Translations under genes and position numbers: made by a program | Notes under the pieces: generated by a model | Seen by the model: the letters and a program-made list of their open reading frames with translations, nothing else | The model's database searches: none | What the model was told of the DNA's origin: nothing | Assembly (NCBI GenBank): GCA_016202425.1 | Contig: JACQOS010000213.1 | Span: 1 to 32,186 of the forward strand | DNA length: 32,186 nucleotides | Direction: 5' to 3' | Source of the DNA: Chloroflexota bacterium | GTDB lineage: Bacteria; Chloroflexota; Dehalococcoidia; Lucifugimonadales; JACQOS01 | Part shown: positions 8,860 through 16,955 of the stretch, in pieces | How positions within the stretch are numbered: position 1 is the first letter of the stretch | How the letters are laid out: each line of letters begins with the position of its first letter

Positions 8860-10227
8860 GTGCTTCGCATACGGTTGCTTCTCCCCGGAGTCCTTCTTTC
8901 CCTCCTGCTGCCCGCCCTCCTTGCCTGCGGCTTGTGGCAGCGGCAGGAGCCGCGCGCCCCGGAGACCCCCGCGGAAGTTCCCCAGGAACTCCGGGTCGTC
9001 TGGGAGGTATGGCAGCTCCTGAGCCGGGACTTTGGCGGGCAGCAGGAGGTCGAATCTCGGAGCTTGAGCGAAGGGGCCATCGAAGGCATGCTTCAGGCCC
9101 TGGGAGACCACGAACCCCCCTTCCTCAGCCGCGACGACTATGACGCGAGCAGGCCCGATCTGGGCGGAGTCTGGCAAGCCTGGCGGGCGCTCACTCAGCG
9201 GCTCCAGGGCGAGGAGGCACCGGACCCGGACAGGATGAAGGAGGCCGCCATTCAGGGCATGCTGGAAGCCCTGGGCAATCCGTACACCACGTACCTGCCC
9301 CCACCCCAGTACCAGCTCGAGGCCTCGAGCTATAGCGCCAGCTTCGAAGGCATCGGGGCATACGTCAACCCCAGGGACGGACAGATCGTCATCGTGGCCC
9401 CCATGCCCGGCTCCCCTGCGGAAAAGGCCGGCATCCTGCCCGGCGACACCATCCTCGCCGTCAACGGCACCTCTACGGCCGGCATGAGCCTGCCGGACGT
9501 CATTCTGCGCATCCGCGGGCCCCGAGGGACGGCCGTAGAGCTCCTGGTCCTGCACCCGGGCGAGCAAGGGCCTGTCACCATCTCCGTGGTCCGGGACATC
9601 ATCAAGCAGACCGCCGTCTACTGGCAGCCCCTCCAGCCGGGTATCGCTTACCTTCGCGTTGCGGAGTTCCTGGACACCACGGAGCAGGACGTCACCGGGG
9701 CCCTCAAGGCTATCGCCGCACAGGGCTCCAACGCCATCATCCTGGACCTGCGGCGCAACCCAGGGGGCCTCCTGGCCACCACCGTGGCCGTTGCCAGCCA
9801 GTTCCTGACCGACGGCCTGGTGGCCTACCATGTCGACGGCCACGGCAAGCGTACCGACCTGGCGGTCAAGCAGGGTGGGGTCGCCCCGACCGCCCCCATG
9901 GTCGTCCTCATCGACCGGGGCAGCGCCAGCGGCAGCGAGCTCCTGGCGGGGGCGCTCCAGGACCACGGGCGTGCGATCCTCATCGGCTCCAGGACCTTTG
10001 GCAAGGGCAGCGTCAACGAGCTCCGGCGCCTCAGCGACGGCTCCGGCCTGTACCTCACCACCGCCCTCTGGTACACGCCGGACGGCCGGCTGATCGAAGG
10101 CAAGGGCATGGACCCCGACGTCGTGGTGCCCATGGACCTCCGCATACCCCTCGGCTCCGCCCTCGACACTCAACTGGCGGGTGCCGTGCAGCGGCTCCGG
10201 GCCCCGACGCCTGTTGCCGCTGGCTGA
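8860..10227 (+). CDS. ctpA: S41A carboxyl-terminal processing protease, lipoprotein
   Basis: Lipobox LLACG, PDZ (FEGIG, GSPAEKAGILPGD), LDLRRNPGG, SASGSE (Ser), TFGKGSV (Lys); start uncertain (GTG 8860 or TTG 8854). Confidence 0.9.
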   Translation: MLRIRLLLPGVLLSLLLPALLACGLWQRQEPRAPETPAEVPQELRVVWEVWQLLSRDFGGQQEVESRSLSEGAIEGMLQALGDHEPPFLSRDDYDASRPDLGGVWQAWRALTQRLQGEEAPDPDRMKEAAIQGMLEALGNPYTTYLPPPQYQLEASSYSASFEGIGAYVNPRDGQIVIVAPMPGSPAEKAGILPGDTILAVNGTSTAGMSLPDVILRIRGPRGTAVELLVLHPGEQGPVTISVVRDIIKQTAVYWQPLQPGIAYLRVAEFLDTTEQDVTGALKAIAAQGSNAIILDLRRNPGGLLATTVAVASQFLTDGLVAYHVDGHGKRTDLAVKQGGVAPTAPMVVLIDRGSASGSELLAGALQDHGRAILIGSRTFGKGSVNELRRLSDGSGLYLTTALWYTPDGRLIEGKGMDPDVVVPMDLRIPLGSALDTQLAGAVQRLRAPTPVAAG

Positions 10228-10258
10228 AGGGGAGGACTGGAAAGGGAAGGCGAGGGGT

Positions 10259-10729
10259 TTGCCCACGGAACGCATCAAAGTCGTCACCATCAATCGCAAG
10301 GCGCTCCACGACTACGAGGTCCTGGAGCGCGTGGAGGCAGGCCTGGTCCTCACGGGCACGGAGATCAAGTCCATCCGCGCCGGGCACGTCAATGTCAGGG
10401 AGGCCTACGCCCGGCCCGAGGACGGCGAGCTGTGGCTGGTGGGCGCCCACATCGCCCAGTACCCCCAGGGCGGCATCTACAACCACGACCCAACCCGTCC
10501 GAGGAAGCTGCTCCTCCGCAGGGAGCAGCTCGCCAGGCTCGTCAGCAGCGCTGCTCAAAAGGGCTTCACCATCGTCCCCCTGCGTCTCTACCTCAAGGGC
10601 CACGTGGCGAAGGTGGAGCTGGCCCTCGCCCGGGGCCGCAGACAGTACGAGAAGCGCCAGGTCATCGCTCAGCGGGAGGCCGAGCGGGAGATGGGCCGCT
10701 CCATGAGGTCCAAGGGCTCACGCCGGTAG
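10259..10729 (+). CDS. smpB: SsrA-binding protein
   Basis: NRKALHDY, EAGLVLTGTEIKSIR, NHDPTRPRKLLL, TIVPLRLY; TTG start after GAGGGG; close to tmRNA. Confidence 0.96.
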   Translation: MPTERIKVVTINRKALHDYEVLERVEAGLVLTGTEIKSIRAGHVNVREAYARPEDGELWLVGAHIAQYPQGGIYNHDPTRPRKLLLRREQLARLVSSAAQKGFTIVPLRLYLKGHVAKVELALARGRRQYEKRQVIAQREAEREMGRSMRSKGSRR

Positions 10730-10800
10730 CCGAACGCTTCGAAATCCACCCAGTGGCTAGTATCTAATGACGTGAATCCGCGTAAACACGTCATACTTCA

Positions 10801-10885
10801 AGTCCCGCTCATCCTGAGCACCGTCGAAGGACATGAGCGGGACTTTTCCTCCGCTCGTATGGTTCGACAGGCTCACCACGAGCGG
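10801..10885. repeat. REP/REPIN-like double hairpin
   Basis: AGTCCCGCTCAT..ATGAGCGGGACT (12-bp stem) and CCGCTCGT..ACGAGCGG (8-bp stem); loops CCTGAGCACCGTCGAAGG and GGTTCGACAGGCTCACC are mutually complementary. Confidence 0.7.
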
Positions 10886-11019
10886 TTGACCATAGCGCCC
10901 TTTTCCGACAATAGCCCCTAGATACCGTTACGAGATACGCCGCTGTTTTCGGCAAGTTGACAAATAGGACTATAATTGGTGGGAGTCTTGGTAACAAAAG
11001 GTAAGAGAAAGGAGGATTC

Positions 11020-11691
11020 ATGCAGCAAGAGGGAATCTCCAAGGGCGACGTGCTTCAAAAGCTCGCGGGCCTGTCTTTTATCGCAGGCGCGATTCTGCTC
11101 ATTGTGTCCAACGCCTTGTTCCCCCGTCCGGCTGACCCCAGCGACGCAGCACAGTTCGTCCAGAAAATCGCCGACAGCCGCGGTGGCTTTTGGGAGGTAG
11201 ACACTCTCCTCCTTGCGGTAGGCATTTGGGCGGTCATGATAGGTGCTACCGGGGTCTACCGCTCCATCTCCACGGGAGGTGCGGCTGCCTGGGCGCGTCT
11301 TGGATACTACGGGGTGATCGTTGGCGTGACGGTGTGGACGGTGCTCTTGGCCCTGAACCTCGGACTTTCGCAGGCAGTGAAACTCGCCGGAACTGATAGG
11401 GCCGTCCAGGTCATGGCGATGACGACCAGCGGCGTGTTCAGTATGTCGATTATCGTGCTCTGGCTGGCCCTAACTTTCCTGGGGATTGGCATGGTTCTCA
11501 GCGCGGTCTATCCCAAGTGGGCAGGCTGGGCCATTATTGTCCTGGGAGTTGCCACTGTGATAGTAGGAATTCTCCAGGGTCTGGGGGGGCCGAGCAAGAC
11601 CGTGACCAACGTGCTCTTCCCTATTGTTTCCATCCTGACCACCCTTTGGGGACTTGTGCTGGGCATCTGGATTACCCGAAAGGCGTGGTAG
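11020..11691 (+). CDS. integral membrane protein, about 6 TM (DUF4386-like)
   Basis: Strong AAAGGAGG RBS, TATAAT at 10971-10976, hydrophobic helices; family assignment tentative. Confidence 0.8.
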   Translation: MQQEGISKGDVLQKLAGLSFIAGAILLIVSNALFPRPADPSDAAQFVQKIADSRGGFWEVDTLLLAVGIWAVMIGATGVYRSISTGGAAAWARLGYYGVIVGVTVWTVLLALNLGLSQAVKLAGTDRAVQVMAMTTSGVFSMSIIVLWLALTFLGIGMVLSAVYPKWAGWAIIVLGVATVIVGILQGLGGPSKTVTNVLFPIVSILTTLWGLVLGIWITRKAW

Positions 11692-11710
11692 AGGCTCGGG
11701 CGGTGTGGTG

Positions 11711-11716
11711 TATAAT
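11711..11716 (+). promoter_or_regulatory. -10 box of ssrA promoter
   Basis: TATAAT 8 nt upstream of the mature tmRNA 5' end. Confidence 0.65.
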
Positions 11717-11724
11717 AGCGGTAC

Positions 11725-12077
11725 GGGGACGCGTGGCTTCGACAGGGGAAGGCTTGGCGGAATTGCAGGCCGAGGTGCCGTCACACCTCGTAAAACAGGC
11801 GGCAAAAGAGTAACTGGCGAGCCTCAACTCGCACTGGCTGCCTAAAGCGCGGCCACGTCCGCTCCTCCGTCCCCCGAACGGAGGAACCGGGCGCCATTAA
11901 GTCGGGGTGCGGCTGCCCTGGCGCCGAGAGGGGCCGCTTAAGAGCATCGGCTGGCTGGGCTTCTTCGCCGCCGGCGGAGGGGGAGCCTGGCGAGAACTCA
12001 AGCACCGGCTAAGCCTGTAGCATATTCCAGCGAGGCCTCTTCTGGACGGGGGGTTCGACTCCCCCCCGTCTCCACCA
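11725..12077 (+). ncRNA. ssrA: tmRNA; tag (A)GEPQLALAA encoded at 11816-11845
   Basis: 5' GGGGACG..TTCGAC, acceptor stem with G3.U pair to CGTCTCC-ACCA, T-loop GGTTCGACTCC, TAACT resume context, tag ending LAA-stop. Confidence 0.97.
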
Positions 12078-12119
12078 GAAACACGGTCTTGCGCCCCTCG
12101 GGCGCCTGGCTCGAGAGGT

Positions 12120-12717
<598 letters not shown>

Positions 12718-12739
<22 letters not shown>

Positions 12740-13773
12740 CGGGGTGTCTGGTTGGCGGGGCGGTCGGGGATGCGCTCGGCCTGCCGCTGGAGGGCATACC
12801 GCCGCAGCGTGCTCGCAAGTTCCGGCGATCGCCGCTGCGGCATGCGCTGGTCGGCCGCTGGGGCATGGTGTCCGACGATACCGAGCATGCGGCCATGACC
12901 GCCGCCGCGCTGGCGGTCACAGCCGGGGAGCCTTTTCTTTTCACCCGCAGACTGGCGCGATCGCTGCGCGGGTGGCTGGCCAGCCTGCCGGCGGGCTGTG
13001 GTCTGGCCACCGGGCGCGCCATCCTAAAGCTGTGGCTGGGTTTTCCGCCGCAGAGGAGCGGCGTCTGGTCGGCTGGCAATGGGCCGGCGATGCGGGCCGC
13101 GGTGATCGGGGTTGCGTGGGGCGACCAGCCGCAGCAGACGTTGGACTTGGTCCGCGCCAGTAGTGTGCTGACTCATCGCGACCCGAAGGCGACCGTAGGT
13201 GCCCATGCGGTGGCGCTGGCCGCATGGCAGGCCGCGCAAGGGGTGTGCGACCCGGTGGCCCTGGGTGAGACTTTGCGTGCCGACCACGGCGGCGTGGCAG
13301 AGCCGCTGCTGGAGTTGATCGAACGGGCGGTCGCGTCGGCAGACGCGCGGCAGTCGACGCCTGAGTTCTGTCACGCGCTTTGCGGCAAGGGTGGGGTCAC
13401 CGGCTTCATCGATCACACGGTCGCGGTCGCGATGCATGCCTGGCGCGCCTTTCCCGAAGACTACCGGCAGGCAGTCGAAGGCGCCGTGGCGTGCGGTGGC
13501 GACACCGATACGCTCGCCGCGGTGGTGGGAGGCATCGTTGGCGCAAGAGTCGGGGTGGCAGGCATCCCGATGGGCTGGTGCCAGGGCGTCAGGGACTGGC
13601 CGCGCTCCCTCGGCTATCTGACGCGACTGGCTGCGGTGCTGGCCAGCAGCCGGTCGCTGGGGCAGCCGGTGGTCCCACCACGCGCCGTCTGGCTGTTCTG
13701 CTTCGTGCGCAACCTGGTCTTTCTGGCGATTGTGCTCGTCCACGGCTTCCGGCGCTTGTTGCCGCCTTACTGA
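12718..13773 (+). CDS. ADP-ribosylglycohydrolase (DraG/ARH family)
   Basis: GCLVGGAVGDALGLPLEG, SDDTE, SAGNGPAMR, THRDP, GGDTDT; hydrophobic C-terminal tail; start trimmed to ATG 12718 (12709 is an alternative). Confidence 0.92.
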
Positions 13774-13776
13774 GCC

Positions 13777-13883
13777 AACCTTCGACCCCCGTCCCCCTTC
13801 CCTTCACCAGGTTCAGGGCAGGTTCCAGAACCCCGCCAGAGGGGGCTCGGCCCCCTCTGGACTCCCCTTTTTTCCGCAGCCTG
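13777..13883 (-). mobile_element. MITE copy 2 (right TIR missing, variant core)
   Basis: Minus strand CTAG|CAGGCTGCGGAAAAAAGGGGAGTCCAGAGGGGGCCGAGCCCCCTCTGGCGGGG...AAGGGGGACGGGGGTCGAAGGTT; begins right after the cca stop TAG. Confidence 0.8.
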
Positions 13884-15149
13884 CTAGGGGCGCTGAAGGT
13901 GCTGGCGGACGAAGGCCTCTTCCTGCTCCCGGGTGTGCAGTTGGCCGTCCAGACGGGCGTCCCGAAGGGCCTCCAGGAGGGCTCCCACCCGAGGCCCCTG
14001 GGGAACGCCCAGACGCGCGAGGTCGTCTCCCGTGAGGAGAGGCCGGACGTGCCGGTCCTCATCCACGTAGCGCAGGAGATGCCGGCGGGCTTCTCCGGTG
14101 GCCAAGGCGGCGACGACCTGGACGGCCTCCAGGGCGTAGCCTCGCAGCCTCCGGTACACGGCTGCCGGGGAGGTCTCCTGGGCTAGAGCAGGGGCATCGT
14201 GCCGGAGGGCCACGGTGTCGCGCACGAGCTTGGCCTGGCGGGGGGGCAGGTTGAGGCGCAGGATGAGCCCTTCCACGGGACCAGGGCGGCCGACTGCCGG
14301 AGGGCTGACCCCCAGGCCAAAGGCCAGCACGCCCAGATAGTGGGGCGGGCGAAGGGGAAAGCCGGAGCCTGCCAGGAGCGCCAGGGCATCCCCCAGGGCC
14401 CGGGAGTCAGGCAGGACGGGTTGAATGGCCGCTAGGACCCCCAGCTCCGCTGCCCGAGTCAGGGCTTGAGGCGCGTGAGGTTCGTTGAACACCAGGCTGA
14501 GTTCGCGCCGGAGGCGGTCTGGGCTGATGGTGTCCAGGAAGGACAGGTCCCGTCGCAAGAGGGTGAGCGTTTGGGGCTCCAGGCGGAAAGAGAGGCGCTG
14601 CTCATAACGGATGGCGCGGAGGATGCGGGTCGCGTCGTCCTGGAAGCTGGCGGCGTGCAGGACACGGACGAGCCTGGCGGCCATGTCGCCCTGCCCGCCC
14701 GTGGGGTCCAGGAGCCGGGCAGGGGCTGGGACCAGGCGCAGCGCCATGGCATTGATGGTGAAGTCGCGGCGTCGCAGGTCTTCCAGGGTGGTCGCGGGGC
14801 GAACGGTGGGCAAGGCCCCTGGGCGACGGTAGGTCTCGGAGCGGGCGGTGGCGATGTCCACGCGGTGGTCCGTCAGCGCGAGCTTGACGGTCCCGAACTG
14901 AGAGCGGGCCACTACCTGGGCCCCGGAGGCCTCGGCCAGGGCAAGGCCATAGGCGCCGGCGTCGCCCTCCACCACGAGGTCCAGCTCAGGGATGGCGAGT
15001 CCCAGGAGGAGGTCCCGAACGGCACCCCCGGCGGCATAGAGGGGCAGGTGGCGCTCGCGGGCAAGGCGGACGGCCTGGGCCAGGAAAGCGGCGATGGGCC
15101 CGGGAACGCTGGCCGCCAGGCGGGCACGTAACTCTCCGGCACGCGGCAT
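13884..15149 (-). CDS. cca: class II tRNA nucleotidyltransferase (CCA- or A-adding)
   Basis: GGAVRDLLLG, ELDLVVEG, FGTV, VDIATARSETY..PGALP, EDLRRRDFTINAMA, SFQDDATRILRAIRY; the upstream part of the 811-aa ORF is antisense to rnc/ftsY. Confidence 0.9.
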   Translation of the reverse strand: MPRAGELRARLAASVPGPIAAFLAQAVRLARERHLPLYAAGGAVRDLLLGLAIPELDLVVEGDAGAYGLALAEASGAQVVARSQFGTVKLALTDHRVDIATARSETYRRPGALPTVRPATTLEDLRRRDFTINAMALRLVPAPARLLDPTGGQGDMAARLVRVLHAASFQDDATRILRAIRYEQRLSFRLEPQTLTLLRRDLSFLDTISPDRLRRELSLVFNEPHAPQALTRAAELGVLAAIQPVLPDSRALGDALALLAGSGFPLRPPHYLGVLAFGLGVSPPAVGRPGPVEGLILRLNLPPRQAKLVRDTVALRHDAPALAQETSPAAVYRRLRGYALEAVQVVAALATGEARRHLLRYVDEDRHVRPLLTGDDLARLGVPQGPRVGALLEALRDARLDGQLHTREQEEAFVRQHLQRP

Positions 15150-15155
15150 GGCGCC

Positions 15156-15194
15156 ATTGTACCGGCGTGGCGGACTGCCAACAACGCGTATAAT
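15156..15194. promoter_or_regulatory. back-to-back -10 boxes for (near-)leaderless cca and rnc
   Basis: Minus TACAAT 6 nt before cca ATG; plus TATAAT (15189-15194) 9 nt before rnc GTG; no clear SD for either. Confidence 0.6.
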
Positions 15195-15203
15195 GGAAGC
15201 GCC

Positions 15204-15899
15204 GTGGCGACGAGAACGCTGGAAGATGCCCTGGGCGTGCGGTTCCACGACCGCGCGGTCCTCCAGGAGGCGCTCAGCCACTCGTCCTACGCCAACGAAC
15301 ATCCCCAGGAAGGAAAGGCCAACGAGCGGTTGGAGTTCCTGGGAGATGCGCTCCTGGGCCTGGTGGTCGCCCAGGAGCTGTACCGGCGTTTGCCGGACCT
15401 GGACGAGGGGTCGCTGACGGACCTGCGTTCTCAAGTGGTCCGGGGGGAGACGCTGGCCACGGTCGCCAGACGCATGGGCCTCGGCCAGCACCTGCTCCTG
15501 GGCCAGGGGGAGGCGGCCAGCGGTGGCAGGGATCGGGACTCCAACCTGGCGGGCGTGCTGGAGGCGGTGGCCGGGGCTGCGCTCGTGGACAGAGGCTATG
15601 GGGAGGCTCGCCGGTTCGTGCTGCGGGCGCTGGCCCCTGAGCTGCGCCGGGCGGGAAGGGCCGGTGTCCCCCAGGACCCCAAGTCGCGGCTCCAGGAGAC
15701 CCTTCAGAGGCGGGGGACCGGTGCACCCCGGTACGAGGTGCTCCGCACGGAGGGGTCCGGGCACCGGCCTGAGTTCCGGGTACAGGCGGTGGTGGATGGA
15801 AGGGTGCTGGGTACGGGGAGGGGCAGGCGGAAGGTGGACGCCGAGCGTCAGGCTGCCAGGGAGGCCCTGGCGGCGCTCGCCCAGCATCCGGAGCGATGA
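15204..15899 (+). CDS. rnc: ribonuclease III
   Basis: ALSHSSY, NERLEFLGDA signature, dsRBD DPKSRLQE..G.GRRKVDAERQAA. Confidence 0.96.
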   Translation: MATRTLEDALGVRFHDRAVLQEALSHSSYANEHPQEGKANERLEFLGDALLGLVVAQELYRRLPDLDEGSLTDLRSQVVRGETLATVARRMGLGQHLLLGQGEAASGGRDRDSNLAGVLEAVAGAALVDRGYGEARRFVLRALAPELRRAGRAGVPQDPKSRLQETLQRRGTGAPRYEVLRTEGSGHRPEFRVQAVVDGRVLGTGRGRRKVDAERQAAREALAALAQHPER

Positions 15900-15936
15900 T
15901 GGTATGATGCACCCCCTGGCGAGAGGACGGGAACGC

Positions 15937-16914
15937 ATGGGGATTGCCAGCCTGAGGGAGCGGATAGAGCAGGGGGTGCGCCGCACCCGAGAGGCCTGGT
16001 TTGGCCGGGCGGCCGGGCTCTTCCAGGGCCCCGCCCTGTCGGCTGCCACCTGGGAAGAGCTGGAGGAGACGCTTATCGCCGCCGACGTGGGCGTGGCGAC
16101 CACGGACGCTCTCCTGGAGCAGGCCAGGAGGCGTCTGGAGGGCCGCCGAGAGGGCTTGGGCCCTTTGGCTGCCTTGGGGGCGCTCAAAGAGGAGATGGTC
16201 TCCCTTCTCGGGCCGGGGGACGAGCGGGTAAAGGGGCTGCTAGAGCCGGACCGCGGGCGGCCGGGGCCCCTGGCGGTGCTGGTGATGGGGGTGAACGGGT
16301 CCGGGAAGACGACGAGCATCGCGAAGCTGGCCCGGTACTACCAGGCCCAGGGCCGGCAGGTGATCCTGGGGGCGGCGGACACGTTCCGTGCGGCGGGCAT
16401 CGAGCAGCTTGAGGTGTGGGGCCATCGGCTGGGCATTCCCGTGGTGGCCCACCGGCATGGAGGCGACCCGGCGGCGGTGGCCTTCGACACCTTCCAGGCT
16501 GGCAAGGCCCGGGGCGCCGACGTGGTGATCATCGACACCGCCGGGCGTCTGCATACGAAGACCCCGCTGATGGAGGAGCTGAAGAAGGTCCGGCGGGTGC
16601 TGGGGAGGCTGGACCCCGAGGCCCCCCACGCGGTGTTGCTGGTGCTGGACGCCTCCACGGGCCAGAACGGGCTGGCCCAGGCCCGGGCGTTCACGGAGGC
16701 CCTGGGCTGCCATGGGGCTATCGTGGCGAAGCTGGACGGGACGGCCAAGGGGGGTGTGCTCTTCAGCATCCGGCGGGAGCTGGGCCTGCCCGTGCTGTTT
16801 GTGGGGACGGGGGAAACGGCGGAGGACCTGGCCCCTTTTGACGCCCGGGAGTTCGTGGAGGCGCTGTTCGAGGAGAGGGGGCAGGATACGGCCCAGAGGG
16901 ACGGGGGCGCGTAG
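15937..16914 (+). CDS. ftsY: signal recognition particle receptor
   Basis: GVNGSGKTT, DTFRAAG, DTAGRLHT, DASTGQN, KLDGTAKGG, GTGE..DL.PF; TGGTATGAT extended -10 upstream. Confidence 0.96.
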   Translation: MGIASLRERIEQGVRRTREAWFGRAAGLFQGPALSAATWEELEETLIAADVGVATTDALLEQARRRLEGRREGLGPLAALGALKEEMVSLLGPGDERVKGLLEPDRGRPGPLAVLVMGVNGSGKTTSIAKLARYYQAQGRQVILGAADTFRAAGIEQLEVWGHRLGIPVVAHRHGGDPAAVAFDTFQAGKARGADVVIIDTAGRLHTKTPLMEELKKVRRVLGRLDPEAPHAVLLVLDASTGQNGLAQARAFTEALGCHGAIVAKLDGTAKGGVLFSIRRELGLPVLFVGTGETAEDLAPFDAREFVEALFEERGQDTAQRDGGA

Positions 16915-16955
16915 GGTTGGGGCGCGCCGCCTCGGCACCCCTCCGCTAGACGGCC

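Noticed and set aside
10957-10976. TTGACA...TATAAT as one consensus promoter
   Set aside because: Spacer is only 8 nt; only the -10 is credible
11654-11845. 63-aa ORF ending GEPQLALAA
   Set aside because: It is the tmRNA tag reading frame, not an independent gene
12091-12105. Intrinsic terminator after ssrA (GCGCCC-CTC-GGGCGC)
   Set aside because: Short hairpin without a U-tract; cannot be called a terminator
15150-16319. N-terminal 390 aa of the 811-aa ORF as a CCA fusion
   Set aside because: It is the antisense shadow of rnc and ftsY; NTase motifs begin only after ATG 15149
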